64,000 nucleotides of DNA, taken from the NCBI GenBank assembly GCA_036172245.1, contig JAYWIR010000005.1, forward strand, positions 310,001 to 374,000, written 5' to 3'. Position 1 is the first letter of the stretch; every line of letters starts with the position of its first letter. The position numbers and the translations under genes are program-made. Below, piece by piece: positions 50,364-64,000 of this stretch. Under the pieces are notes generated by a model that was not told the origin of the DNA, made no database searches, and saw only the letters and a program-made list of their open reading frames with translations. The stretch is from Raillietiella orientalis (taxonomy: Eukaryota).

Positions 50364-53300
50364 ACTTTTCAAATGTTTTTAAGTTTACTCAAAAAATCTC
50401 TGGAAAAAGAAAAATTCAAGTTAAAAGTACTGCATCTTCATGCACTTTATCCAGCTGAGAGTTTCCAGCATCAGCTCTCAAACCCTTCGCAAAAATTGAA
50501 CAGCAACTGTTGAAAACAGAAAGAGAAGCACCTGTACAACTTTCATAAAATGCAGACACACAAAATGAAAACACCAATCACTAAACTGGTTTAACTGATT
50601 TCCACACATGCAAACTGGCTGCTTTCAAACCATATATTTCTGCATTCTACACTTCAATCCTTAGTCGCTGAAAGCTTAGATTTTTACCAAATTAGGAAAC
50701 CCAGTACTCTAAAACAAAAAACAAATAAAGTGGACGTTTTGTTTTGAAAACTGACAAATGCAAGACTTTTACTTTATAAAAGGGGAGGCATATGACTCGC
50801 ATTTAAAGATGCAAGGGCAAATAATGCTCACTGGTTTAACAAATGATGACAACCAGCCTACACTCATCACCACAAATGATCTCTGAGAATTCCACCTGAG
50901 AAGGCGAAATGAAATTTGTGATCCTGCGACAACGCTGATCGGATAGGTTTGCTATGGAAATAATAATCACAAGTTATAAAGAATGCTAAACCGTTAAAAC
51001 TCACCTAAGTAACATGCAAACTATCAAAGAGGCCTGAATTACAAAAAAAAACTGGTTTTCCGAATGCTCACTTATCTATTATTTAAAAACACGGTCTGGA
51101 AACGGCAACATCAAAAAATCATGTACTCAATCAATCAACAACCTAAATAAACGGATTATCTCCAAGTTACACGAGAAAATGGAACGTGGCTTGACGCCGT
51201 TTTCCAAAGTGAATAATTTGACTTGGAATCATCCAAAGTGACCGCATTTTTTTTTTTTTTTTTTCTTTTTCATTAGATATCGGAATAAAACCTGTAGAGG
51301 GTTCTGGATCTATCGGCTGGAGTATTCCTGAAGCTTCCCACGGGCCAATTTAGGATTCAGGAGAGCTCCATTTGCGTACACGACAGAACGCGGGGCACCC
51401 TCCGACAGAACGAGTCCCGGGATGTGGGGGGGGAGGGGGGGGGCGTCGCCGCGCAACGCAAACGCTGCCTGGTTCGGCCCGTCCTTTCCAGTGGGGTGCG
51501 ACCTGCGAGGTGGATCGCGGAGGACCGTCCGCTTGCGGCGATCGCCAGCTCGCTCTTCCTGGCTCGGAAAAGCCGCGCCAGCGCTTGGTGACTGCGCCAA
51601 GTCAGAGGGCGGCGCTTCGCAAGTTGATGGCGGCGGCTTCCACAAGGTCGGAAAGCACGTAATGTACGGTTTCTGCTTCCGAGTTCGCAACCCACCCTTC
51701 CCCGCTCTCTTCCGTTTCCTGGGAAATTCGCGCCCTCTCTCCTCCTCCTCCTCCCCCCCCCCCCTTAACGATGGAAAAAATTTTTTTTTGCTTTGCCGCG
51801 CCTCGGATGGCTTCCTTTCGCGCCCAGGGTTTGGCGTCTTCCTCTTTAGAAATCGCACCCGACGACGAGGGCAGAGAGATGAGAAGGCCCATTGCGACCC
51901 CCTCTCCCCCCCCCGATCGAACGTCCCTCGTATGGGCAATGGCGTCTCTCGCGCCCGCCATGCGGTTTTCCCCTCACCGGCTGCGTGCGTCGCTCCTCCC
52001 GTCCCCCCGGAAGGAGGGCTTGCTGGGTGCTAAGCCTCGCCCCAGGCAGGAGAGGGAGGGAAGGGGAGACTTTTCGAGAGCGCCCGCCCACGCGCGAACC
52101 GGCCGAGCGATATTCGCCGATGGGACGGGACGTCGTCGACGACACCGACGCAGCCCCCGTCCGCTCCGCGTGCGTCCCTTCCCCGCAGGGGCTGCTGCCC
52201 CTTTGGATACCGGGACCTGGTTCCCGTGGTTTCGGCTTCCCTCCTCTCCGTGCTGCAAGAAACGGCCACCGCACGGCGCAACCCTCAACTCCTCACTTCA
52301 TTTCATTCCATGTCCCCTCCTCCCCCCTCCCTCCCTTTTTTTTTTTGAAAGAAAAAGGAAAAAAAAAAAAAGAGATGCATCTGAGACGACGACGCCTTGG
52401 TGAACCAGCTTGACCCACAGCATGTACTCTCGTTGCATTCGCGTGCCGGAACACCCTTTTCAGGACGCCCTGATCGTACAAGCGTGATGGTGCGCGTTTG
52501 CTGGACCCTTGGCCCTCCACAGGCCGGGCGCGAGCGGTCAAGGCGTCGCGTTTGTCCCCCCCCCCCCTCCCCCTTCCCTTCTCCTCGGGAGGCGTCTACC
52601 ATTCTCTTCGGAGGTACGAACCACTTCCGAAGAACGGCACTCCCGCAACGCGACCTACCCTCCGCACAGTTCCTGGAGCGTCCGAGAGAGGGCGAGCCGT
52701 GCGGCGGTGCCGCCGAGGTGCGCGCGCGCGCCTTGACGTCCTGGCGAGGCAGAAAGAATTAAAGAAGAAAAAAAAGATGATCTGAACTCCGAAGCGGAAG
52801 TCATCCGACCTGGACCGCGCGACCCTGAAACCGGAACCAAAAAAAAGGACCAGGATGCCAAGTCTCACCACAACAGGGAAGCACCTGGAGACCGACGCGG
52901 CGCACCGCAGACGCCGTGCACCTGGAAGTGGATCGAGACCGTCCACTCGCGACATGTCAGTCGGCCCTTCCCTTGCAGCCAACCGCCTTCACATGGACGG
53001 CAACAGAGGGCGTCACTTTCGCTGTGACGTAAGGCGTGTGTCCACAGGCAATGCCACCGTCACAAGCGGTAGCAGCAGCAGGTGAATGCAGCGACTTCCG
53101 GATGCTCTTGGAGAGGCTCCTGCACCGTCACCGACCACCAGATACGGAGTCGCGGCTGGTCGCCACCCTGAAGAAAGGGGGGAGGAGCTGCCCGGAGGAC
53201 TTCCCATCTGGGGGGCTCACGTTCCCGGGGGAAGCCAGCGAGTTCCCGTTGCGTCGGCACGATCCCGGCCCCGCGTCTTCTGCTGGCGCGCGCCGGTTGA

Positions 53301-53829
53301 GTGCTTGGGGCGGGGTAATCGACCAGGTCCGCGGCGTTTCTCTCGCGAGCACTCCCGCGTCACCTGCTGTGAGCTCCGGGAGGCGGCCGTGGACCGCACG
53401 CGCACCTCGGAGGACGTGCGGGGAGGCGACCTCACGTCGCGTTGCTGCTTCCCGCCGAGGGCGGGCACAGTGCCGCCGCCAGCCACCGAACGGAGGCGGG
53501 GTTCCCCACGAGACGACCGCCCCTTCCCGGATACCGGGTTTGGTGGCCCCTTCCCTGCCCGACCGCGTCTCCCAGAGGGACGCACCTGCGGTCTTCGGCA
53601 GACTCCTTCCTGGACCCGGAAGAGCACCCGGAAAAGGCGCCATCGCCCTGCTGCAAGTATCGTCCAGCTTCCCCCCCCCCCCTTACCACGGAAAAGCCGC
53701 GCGAACCCGGTGAAGAAGTGAGGGAGGGAGAGGAGGAGGACAGTTCCCGCCCCTCACTTCTCCACCCCTACCTCCCCAGTCCTTTCAGGGACGGTCCTAT
53801 GACCCCCCTCGATTTCGCTTGTTGATTCA

Positions 53830-55087
53830 CCGGCCACGGATGCAGCGAAAACAGCAGCCGGATGTCCATCCTTCGCTGGCAACGGTTGCTCCGGTTCCTT
53901 CGCCATCCCTTCGGGAGCAGAGCATAGCAGACGACGACTTCGCGGCGGAGTTTTGGACCACGCCTTGGTGCGCTCCCGCACGCCTCCTTGCCTAAAGAGC
54001 AATCGGCTGCGAAGGACTGACTCGGGTTCTCGTGGCCGACGACACCAGTTTGAGGTCACTGTGGCCTTCAACTGCGTTGGATGGTTGCCTTGGTACAGGA
54101 GAAGGACTGGAACTCCTGCCTCCCCACGAACTGCACTGCCTGCTTCAGGAGTGGGTCTCCCCATGGGAGAGGAAGGTCCACGGCTCGAGCGAGGCGGAGC
54201 GCGCCCGCCTCCGGAAAGGAAGACACGCTCGGCAGCCGCTGCAAGAGATCGCGTGCAGCCCACGTCAGCTGCGGGGGGCCTCGTTCACCCCCTTTGTCCC
54301 CAGTGCTGCCCTCCCGAAGGGAAGCATGGGACAGCGACCTCCCGGCAAGATGGGAAGCGGCGTCCTGCCGCATCCAAGGCAAGAAAAAACTTTGAAGTGC
54401 GTGGACAACTCGGCAGCTGGAGGAGGCATGACCTCGAACGTCCCGCCAAAAGGACTGCCACGCTGCTCGCGACACCTCCGGAGGAGATGGAGGCTCCCAG
54501 CGTGTTGGGACAGTGGCGCCCTCTCCCTCGAGTGGCGGGAGCCGGTGTTGCTGGTGTTGCATCGGGGAATCCCATGCAAAGCGCGCCTCCGTCACTGGAC
54601 ACTGGAGAGTGTCGATGCCCCTTGTGAAAGGTGCGGGAGAAGGACACTTTCTCGCACCTTCTGGAGGATTGTGCCGCCCTCTGACCCTCTGGGATCCTCC
54701 TCCAACGATCCTTGAAATCCCAATGGGCGGCCCCGGGGACATTTGGGGGCGCCTCATCGTGCGTGCCGCTCTGCCACCAGCCGCGCCCTTGGCAGTTGTC
54801 TGCGGAAACGCTACAGCCTGGAACTCGGGAAGACGCCAGAATGGCGGTGACGCCGTCCGCCGGGCGCGGATCTTTTTGAAGATCGCGCGTCGAGATGGCC
54901 CCTCCTGGGCAATGTGAGAGCACAAATTGCCAGCATCCCGGACGGGATGCAGAGGACGCCTCCCGGCATCTCGTGAACCCTTCCCCGCCTTCCTCTCCCC
55001 AAGAAACATTTCCCACCCACCCCCCTTCGCCGCGGAAACGGACCCCGCCGGTCTGCCTACCGGTGACCGACAAGTCGGACTGACTGC
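53830..55087 (+). mobile_element. Decayed 5'-truncated LINE (ORF2 C-terminus + 3'UTR)
   Basis: WDSGALSLEWREPVLLVLHRGIPCKARLRHWT..CERCG parallels 12120-12265; hairpin CCGGT-ctgcct-ACCGG at 55048-55063. Confidence 0.82.
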
Positions 55088-55920
55088 TTTTCCCAAAGTC
55101 CCACAAGGGGTGGGGTAAGTTTATTTTCTCTTTCATTCACACTACAATCTCATGTATACAGATTGCACAAAAATTGCACTTCCTATCGCTGAGGTTCACT
55201 TGAAGTCTGCTTCGTTGGGTCTCTGGAAAGTTCGCTGCATTAATCACCTGGGTGTCGTTTGGGCTTAGGTTCCTCCTCCAATCCTTCTCAGGATGTTTCG
55301 GTGTTTCCAGGCCTGCACTCGTCCGCAGTTTCTGATGCCAATCTCTCTCTGGATGAGCCCTTTCAGGATCCCCAGGAGAGATATGGTGGTCCTCGTGGTC
55401 TTCATCTTCCACCACCGCACAATAATGGCGGTGATGAAAAGGGCGATGGTCACTCTTACCATGGGGTTATAGCGGGGAACCGTTCCACTTCCCTGGAACA
55501 TCCCTGCCAAAACCTCCATCGTCGAGGCGTTGGACAGCCCGATGGCCCTTTTTCAGAGTAGTCCACTCGGCTTGCAGTGTGAGGCAAGTCGGGACATGAC
55601 GTCTTGTATCTATTCCACCACACGCCCTGCAGATTTCTTCCTCTCTTATTCCCGTAAAGTGCTTCATCCTGGAACCACTCATGATACCTCCATGGAAAAA
55701 CATCAGGAGGTTATCCTGTGTCTGGTGGTAAATCACTTCTCCAGAGCACCGTCCCAATCGCCAGTGGATTAAATCCACTACTAGCGTAGCGGTCGGCGGC
55801 ATCTTGGAGAGCGCTGGTGTCTTGTTCCTCTTCTAATAACTGGCGAATGTTCTTCTTCGTTACTCTGGACCATACGAAGTCGCGATGACTGACGTGGTGA
55901 ACCAGGTGTTCCACCATATG
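55088..55920 (-). mobile_element. 5'-truncated LINE of the 6766-7880 subfamily, nested in the 3'UTR of the preceding element
   Basis: FFHGGIMSGSRMKHF..CRACGGIDTRRH, AGMFQGSGTVPRYNPMVR. A plus-strand terminal hairpin resumes at 55951-55978. Confidence 0.85.
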
Positions 55921-55984
55921 ACAAAAATAATGTGCTTCTGTTATTTGTATAATGAATGCCCCCCGGCGTGTCCGGGTGGAAATC

Positions 55985-56135
55985 GGAGGCAACCAGGGCG
56001 AGGGTGTGTTCCCTTAGGGCATCCGTCCCCAAGCTTGAGAGGAACGGACTGGAGCCCTTACTGCTTTCATAGGGTGGTCTCCTGCCAGGGTACCCTCCCA
56101 TCTTGAAGAGTTCACCCTCACCCTCGGGTAGCGTG
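55985..56135 (+). repeat. Inverted partial copy of the unclassified repeat
   Basis: Reverse complement matches CCCTATGAA..AGTCCGTTCCTCTCA..CCCTGGTTG of 19378-19436. Confidence 0.6.
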
Positions 56136-58499
56136 GGCGGTGCTTCAAGAGCTTTGTGTGCCCCCCTTTCCCTCCCCAGGAGGCGAACGGTTCTTCAGCA
56201 CTTGTGGATGGTGCAGCTAGGAAGATGCTCATGGTCAAAGCGTGAGCAGTGGCTGCGATTCAAAGACTGGATCGGACAACTCGTTCCTGATAAAAACGCA
56301 TTTTTTACGATAACATTTTTTCTTTCTCCCCCTCCCCCCCCCGTTGACGACAGATGACCCTCATTCCGATATGATCAGCATTATTGTTTGCAATTCCTCA
56401 ATTTTTTTTTCATCCCGGATTCAGCCTTTTTTGGAGGAGTAAAAATCTCTTTGGTAAGTTCCTGACTCTTCGTATAATCAGTCTTCATACTCCCCTCAAA
56501 TGGTTGTGGGAGATTGGGCGGTTTATGCGTTGCTTTTTTTTTTTTCTGTCTATCCATTTGTCTTGCTGCCTATCGTGCGATGGCATACGGAGATGCATGA
56601 GGCACTAAACACACACATGAAAAGCACCGCCGCCAAGTGAAACACGAAAGCAAACAACAGCCACTGCAAGCCAAAACGGGTCACCGGGCAAACAGATGGT
56701 TCCCAATTACTCCTCCGACACCCAACGCTCGAGCCGGGCCGCACCTCCCCCAGCATGCAGTCCGAAGCAAGAGATGGCGGGAGGATCTCGGACTTCGAAG
56801 CGGTTAGGGCAGGGATCTTCGACCGGAGAAGAAAGGAGCCTCCCTCGGCGCATAGGAATCGGTCTGCCATCTTCCGTTGAGCACGCATTCGGAGCTTTTG
56901 GTTGCACTCGGGCCTCGATTTTGCACGGATGGCACCCAGGCGCGGGACCACGCAGCAACGGGGATTCTTCGTCAGGTGGACATGGTTTGTGCACGAGGGC
57001 AAGCCTGGTAAGCCTGTGAAAGCGGGGAATTCTCGAGTTGCACACGTCGTGCGACGTGTGCAGCTTGCGAACGAGAAGCTGTGTCGTCATCACTGGCCTG
57101 TAGCAACCGAACCCCCCCTCCCTCCCTCAAAGAAACAAACAAACAAACACGCACAGCACAAGCACCGGGGGGGCTCGGTGCTCCGTGGCACGGAGTGACA
57201 CCCACCCACCTCTCTCCAGAGTGATCGCTTCCGTCGGGAATCCACGTCGGCGACGCGGCAAGGCGTGTCGACAGCGACTAGCGGAAGCTGCGCGAGGCGA
57301 AGCGGCGGGCTGCCTGCGGCCGCACTCGCGAGATGGCGGCGGAGGGAAAGCGCCGCAGCTGGCGTGAGGCGGCTGCGTGCGACGACCCACATCGTTCTAC
57401 CGCCTCGCACTCCCCCCTCTTCCCTCCCCTTCCCCGGGAGTGCGTGTGCTTTTTGTGTTTGCCTTCCGCCAAGGCAGGAAAAAAAATTAAAAAAAAAAAG
57501 CGATGGCGGATCTGTCGAGATTTCGGGAGACTGCGGATCAGGTGACGTCCAGCTTCGCTGGGTTGTATGAGGATGCGATTAAATTCGATACGGATAAAAC
57601 ACGCTGCCCGCGCCCCATAAATCAGGAAAACTAGAAACGGGGAAGAATGTTCCCATTTTTTTTTTTTTTTTGCAATCGTGCAGACCGTGGACGCACGGAA
57701 AGAAGCGACGCCAACACCCGCGCATGCCCTTTGGGGCTCGGGACGGAGGAGCGGGGTGGAAGCCACTCCCCAGTTACAAAATGTATCAAGGGGCGTCTGC
57801 AGGATCGGATGCTGGAGTCGCTCACGAGGTGGAAGGAAACTCAATACGGCCGCAGCGACTGCATGCGCTGACACGATCCGTATCAGATGGTCCGCAATCA
57901 CTTCGGGGCAGCTCAGAAACGAAAAGGTACCACCGCTTCTGGTGCGCTCGGAGCGCACCGGTAGGTGATTGGCTGGGACGCAGTTCCCTCCCCCCTCCCT
58001 TTTGCGCGTTTTCCCTTTTCCCCTGAACTCGGGCCGCGCGACAGGCAGCGTTAAGATGGAGGCGATCGGGGTAACTGCGCCTCGCACCGGTGAGTCACCA
58101 TTTCGTGTCTCATCCGTGCCTGCCGTCGCGGGCGACTTGCGTGGCCGGAGGGCGAGGCCCGGAGCGGCAAGGAACGTCAGCGAACGACGTTCGGCGAACG
58201 AACGCCACGCGGCAGCTCCCCCCCCCCTCACCCTCCCCAAAGGGACACGCGAAGCGTTCCTCCGCAAACGGCGCGCCAGCTAGGGACCAGGTCGGGTTGA
58301 CCTCGCCGAGCATCCTACATTTCTCGCGCGGTTTCAGCTGGGTCGAGGGGCCACGTTCTACCGTCACGGAGGCTGCACGTGGCTTTCGGCCGATGAACTC
58401 GTGAGCTCCTTCGAGTGCTGGGGCTTGCGGGGGCGGAGAGCACCCGGGCCGAGCCGAACAAAAGTTCAGGCACCTCGTGCCACCGGAGGGGGGGGGGGG

Positions 58500-58900
58500 T
58501 TGCAACCCGGAAGGGGGAGGCAGACTCTCCATCGATCCGATGACCCTCAGAGCAGGAGCTACGCCAGGCGTGCCTGTATTTTTGCGTGCCAGGCAGCAAA
58601 GAGCTCGCAGGCGCGTGCGTTGGCGCACTAAGGCTCGGGCATTCTTAGCACGGCTGAGGGGCGCGCGAGCTGGACGCAGGGGTTCCTGGCTGGAAAAGAT
58701 GGGCGCGCAGCGGAATGCGGGCAGAACGAGAAAAGTTCGCGCGAGACGCGTGCCTCTTGGGATGACAGGGTGATCTTCCAGGTGGATCCGCCAGCGCATC
58801 GGAAGTGGAGCGATGCAGTCAGAAGGCGGTGCGGCGCCGGCTGCCAGCAGGCACCCGGTTGGCACACAGATCTCCTGGGAAGCGCGAGGGAAGGAAACGC
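58500..58900 (-). pseudogene. Highly decayed ORF1 remnant
   Basis: RIHLEDHPVIP...RTFLV weakly resembles ARVTMDDRRLMPSQILLGVFTIV; degenerate Cys/His spacing. Confidence 0.35.
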
Positions 58901-60429
58901 CGCCTTTTCGCCCACACCGCGCACAAGAGGGCGGGAAAACCCGACTGCGCCGCCGCCGCCGCCGCGCGCGAGCGTCCCGAAGCCACGGGAGATGCGCGCG
59001 CAGCGGGCGATGGTCTTCGAGGCTCTCGGGAGCGCCAACTCCCCCATCCAGTGTCTGCCTCTCCGCGCGATAAGGCACCTCGCTCCCCACGAAAACGGCA
59101 GGAAATGCCCTTCCCCCCGGTGGGAGGCAAAAAACCGAGACTTCTAGCCACTCGTAAACACAGAGATTTCGGCAGCAGCGCACGCCAGCTCTCTCCCCTC
59201 CCTCCCACGGGAGCTTTCGCGTTCGGCATCCTTCCATCAGGCAGTGGTAACACGCATCTGGTGGGAGCCTCTGTTTTCTTTTTCTTTTTCCTACGGAACC
59301 ATCCACGTTAGCGTGACATTTCTGTGTGAAGCACGTGCGTTCGTGCTTGCCATATGGTGAAGACTGGTGGTGGCGGCGATTTTTTTGTTGTTGTTCAAAA
59401 AAAGAAAGAAGCAGCAGCAGCAGCAAAAGACCCCTCGGAAAACGAACCAGAGGGAACCTCGGGTCTTCAACCAAAGAAGGAAATTCGTGGACAAAACACA
59501 AAGAAACCTTGCATTTTGAGAAACGATGCGCGCGCGTCGCCAGGCTCACGTCATGACGCACGCATCCACCAACCACCACCACCGGTTCTGCAAGGACGTT
59601 TCGGGTATGCACGCGGGCCCCTCGGAAGGGGCAGTTGATTGCAGGGTGGCGGTGGCGGTGTTGAGCGCCGCGCAAAAGATCTCGTGCTCGACCACACCAT
59701 GTCCACAGTGGACGGAATGACTTTTCTGTCGAGGCACACGCCGACGTTGTCGTCGTCCATCCTCCAACAACAGTTCCGCGGCGACGGCCAAGTCAGCCCC
59801 CCCCCCCCCCCCCCCCGTCTTGGCTGCAGCCCCCGTATGGGCCACGAGTTCCACCCGCGTTCGAAACAGACGGGAGGAAGACGAGTTGGTTCCGGGAATG
59901 GGCGTGGATGCTCCCCCTTCCCCGTCCCAAAGAAACGTACGAGCATGGTGCCACTCGGTCTCTAAGAGCTGGGGATGGAAATGGTGGCCGAGAAAGGCCA
60001 AAGTGTGACACGGTCAGCAAATGCCCATGTTACCAAAACAAGGACTCCTGAAGACAAGGGATGGAATCTTAAAACTCCAACGCACGCACGAAGGGTGGGA
60101 ACTGCTTTCGTGTTCATAGGTACCCATCCGAGAGATCGAAGTGCTGCAATAGGACGATGACCACCACTTTGAGGATTTTCTGCAAACCAGTAGATGAAGG
60201 GAGCGAGCCAAGTTGCGAGAACAGCAGCTGTTGCGAACGCATGCGCTGAAGAAGGGATGACTGGGCCATGTACCCTCGTAATCCCTTCTGGCGATTGATT
60301 CCTTTAGCGTAGGACCGACGGTGCCCTTTGCCGAAGAGATGTCAACAACGCGACAGCGGAAGTTTGCCCCAGTCCGACGAGCGGAGGGGTGAATTTATTT
60401 AAGCGAATTGTACACAAAAACAAGTGCAG

Positions 60430-60880
60430 AAAGCGCAACCACCTTTTTTCTTTTTTACTCCTAGTTCTTGAAGGCATCAATCTCGACTTTTTTTGGATCT
60501 GGATGGCAGGTGTTGTTACTCTTCCTGGTTTCCTTATGCCTTCTCATCGCAAAGCTTGTGATGGAGAGGTCAGTCGTTGTTCTTGTTATGGGGTTGTATC
60601 GGGAACGCTAAGACCATTCCCTTGAAGCAACCTCGCCATCCACGAACTCGCCTGCAGGCCTGTTACTTCCTTCGCCGTTGTCCAGTTCTGAAGCAGCTAA
60701 CTTTGGGCGAAGTTCATCTCGAATTCCGTCGGTCCCTATGCTGGACCCTCGAAGCACTCGGGATTCCCCCGTAGTGGAACAGCCTCAGGCAACCTGTAGG
60801 GAAGAAAATCCGTGGATCCTGGAACGGTGCGGCTTCGCGTGGCACATCGTCCGGCTGGAAAAAAATCCACCATGAAAAGT
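60430..60880 (-). pseudogene. Decayed third copy of the 6766-7880 LINE ORF2 C-terminus
   Basis: FHGGFFS and FKG..RYNPITRTT resemble FYHGGILS and FQG..SYNPMVRTA. Confidence 0.55.
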
Positions 60881-63603
60881 GGGGGAAAAATGAAAAAACC
60901 GTTTGCACGCGCGGAGACGGCGGCAGCGGCGAGGCAAGGAAGGGCAGGGGGGGGAGAGAGAGGAGAAGGAGGGTGAAAAACGGCTTTGGGAAGCGTTTCC
61001 GCAAGCATCGATTTTGTCCCTTTTCCCGGAAAAATCGCCGTTCGCGAAGGCGCCATTCGCCAGTTCAAAAATTTTCGTTGTCCTTCTTCGTCCAATCCGA
61101 TCGAACGGAACGAAAGGCGGGCCGGCGGGCGGGCGAAGCGGAAAAAGTTGCGCGCGCGCGGCGACCCCGCCGTATGTAGGCCGGCCGGCAAGACGCCCCC
61201 CCACTGCTGGGAGGGAATGCTAAGCAGCCAAGGCGTAAAGAAAGGTCCGTCTCGTGTTTGTCCGAAATCGAACCGCCATGAAGAGGTACGTCATGGCGAC
61301 GCGCGAGCGTGCCGCTTCTCACCTTTCAGTTCCGCGGGAACGACGCCGGGAAAAGAGAACCGCCCTTCCTCCTCCCACATCGCCGTCGCTTGGCGCGGCC
61401 TGCATCCCGCAGCAGCAGGAGCCAGCAGCACCACTAGGCAGAGAGTTGGCCGAACCCTGTGTATTCTTGGCCCCACGACGTCGGTCCTCACACACTTTGC
61501 CTCTCGGACGACATCAAAAAGGCGATATGCGTGCGCACTAGAAAGAGCCCCCCCCCTCAACACGCTCCACCGCAACTTCCTATTCGTTACAACCTTTTGG
61601 AACTGCGCCCCAGTTTTTTTTTTTTTTCCGGCATGATGAAAAACGCATGGGGCGCCACCGCCGATGATGGTGGCGATCCCTTCGAGAGAGGTCAGGGTAT
61701 TTCTAATGTTACAAGCAGAGAAGTTTCCTTCGCACGACCGGTGGTACCCAGCCCGGATCGAGGCAGCCTTCCGGGAGCGGGGAAACAAAAAAACTCATCA
61801 CCGCATCCATGGAGCACCTCGACCTGGTTCCCGTTTCTAGGGTTTCGCTGCCCTTCCGAGACGATTATGTCCCGCCTGCTGGATTCGTGCATACCTGTCT
61901 GTTTTACCGTTCGGTGATACCTTTTCTTTCCCGACTAACTGGACGGACTAACACGGAGGACTACCCTCACCACCTTTCCATCATTGCAACCCTTCCATCT
62001 TTGGCACAACCAGACCAATTTACCCGAGGCGAAGGAACGCAACTGCGGTGGGAGAAGATAGACACTACTGAAACCCACTGGCATGCAGTCGGAACTTTGG
62101 GATTTGGGCGGTGACTATTTTTCGTACATGCAAGAAGAAAAAAGCTTCATCAACGAAAAACGCCACGGTAGCGCCATCCCGATGCAGCGTCGCGTGAGAA
62201 ATCACAGCCTCGCTACTCGGACGTTTCCAGGCTATTAAACACCGTCGGATACATTGCCTGCTGAAGACATCGCAACCTCTACAGGCAAACGGACGCCGGT
62301 TCCATCGTCAGCGTTGTTCCGCAGAGGGGGAACAGAGTTTTCCCGAGGAAATAACTGAAAGCGACGCTCGAGCTGTCGATGGTCGCAAGGGAACAACAGT
62401 TGCTAGCAGTTGTTCTAGAGATTGCTTCTCTAGAATCACCACCACGTTTCGCAACACCGTGCTGGGAGACATCGATCGAGCCAACCAGACTTGGGAGCAT
62501 CCGAATCGGCATGGCCGGAATGATTCCTTTCGTTCTTATCTGGATTACCATACGCAAAGAAGGCAAAGGAAAAGTTGAGCGTGACGTCAAGGCGACCACA
62601 TCACGAGACCGGAGGAATCCGACGCTTGAGACGTTTTGCGGAGGACACGCGCGCTAACGATGGTCGAACCCGGCCTAACCTCTCGAACGGAACGGTTTGG
62701 GTTTCCCGGCACGATTTCCTCTCGCAGCAGCACCCTGATGATAAATTCTGGCTCGACTCCATGCCAGCGTGCCTAGGCAACAAGTGGAAAGCCAGAAGGG
62801 GGGGGGAGGGGGAACACGAAATTGGATATACCCACGAAAAGACTTCTTTACGGCATGTCCACACAACTGTGCACGGCACTTACTCTTAGCTGCTCCTAAG
62901 CATGAAGAAGCTGAACACGACCATCGATCGCATGCGACGGTGTCGACCGGGGAAAAAAAAAAAAAAAACACCTCCGCTCGAAGAAACTCATTTTGCCCAA
63001 TGGCTGCAAAGAAAAACGGGAAGGGGGGGGGGATCTGCCGAAATACGAATGGTTTCAGGAATGAAGAACCAAGAAGAGCTACACGTTGCCGACCGCTTTT
63101 ATATCGAGGAAGCACAGACCCGTACGTAATCTCCCAACTCGGATGTTTGCTTTGCTGACCCACACAGAAATGCTGCTGCTGCTGCACCAACACGCGGCGG
63201 CGGGGCAGTGGTCTTCGCCGGCGCTCCTACTTTGCGCGCGCGCGCTTGTCAGCGCATGGCCGCAACCGGTGGTGCTTGCCGTGTAACGTGAACTCCACGT
63301 TCTTTGCCACCGTCGCCATCATACCCAGCAATTCGTGTTGTGACCCTCCCTCGCGGTGCAGCTGATTTGTGTCTACCTATTTCAATTGCGCAGCGGGGAA
63401 GAAAAAAGAAAAAAAAAAAAAAACGGTCCGCGGAATCGCGTGGCACACGTCCCGGCCCACGGTTGGCGAAATTTTACTTGCCTGGTGCTGCTGCTGCGAA
63501 CCCAAAAGTAAACACTTCTCAAAGACGCGTGTGAAGTATCTCTCTCTGCTCGTGCTATAAACGTTTACGTCTTTTTCTGTGTGTGTGTCAAATCACAGAT
63601 TCT

Positions 63604-63623
63604 ACACACACACACACACACAC
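63604..63623. repeat. (CA)n microsatellite
   Basis: ACACACACACACACACACAC run. Confidence 0.9.
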
Positions 63624-64000
63624 CATCAGTTGGGCAGGGCGTGCGCATGGATGAGCAGCAGTAGCGGAATGGTTTGGTTACCATCGCACGCTTACTGCAA
63701 TGCAACACCATCAAATCAAAACAAAACAAAACAAAAAAAAAGGTCAGCGTAGTTTGCTGCTGATGGGAGAAAGAAAGCAGCAGCACTACTGCTACAGAGG
63801 CACACTCGGACAGAAAGAATGGATTCCACCTTACGCAGAAGACACCTCCCGCCTGGGTCCCAAGCCTAGCCACTGCACATTACGGCGTGGAGTGGTCAAG
63901 CAAACAACTTTCCTCTTGTTTACAAGGAAGCCTTGCAGAAAAGGAAGCCTCCCCACGTTAGCACACACGTTTGGTTTCAGCATCTCATGGAATCTTACGG

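Noticed and set aside
58110..59675. 521-aa minus-strand ORF
   Set aside because: Low-complexity read-through of GC-rich remnants; only a short ORF1-like trace inside.

Overview
Eukaryotic DNA, probably from an invertebrate with very short introns. One intact host gene is present: a 9-exon sds22/PPP1R7 on the minus strand (48404-50363) in an AT-rich island. The rest is mostly nested, decayed Tx1/L1-like non-LTR retrotransposons (CCHC-knuckle ORF1; APE-RT-ZnF ORF2). The most notable region is about 10-22.4 kb, a cluster of endogenous negative-strand RNA-virus nucleoprotein sequences, all on the + strand. It holds one near-complete chuvirus-like N gene split by a LINE (14-bp TSD), two further divergent chuvirus-like N fragments, and one near-complete qinvirus-like N gene. 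The qinvirus-like gene is split by a TSD-flanked ORF1-only retroelement and is fused in frame to one of the chuvirus-like fragments. ORF2-coding and ORF1-only elements share a covarying CTGCGT-loop 3'UTR hairpin and an AATAAA-N3-CCCGG-N5-CCGGG terminal hairpin with no real poly(A) tail. A TTAA-flanked piggyBac-like MITE carries a retroelement-like fragment. Viral family assignments rest on my recall of motifs, not on database searches, and boundaries of decayed fragments are approximate.
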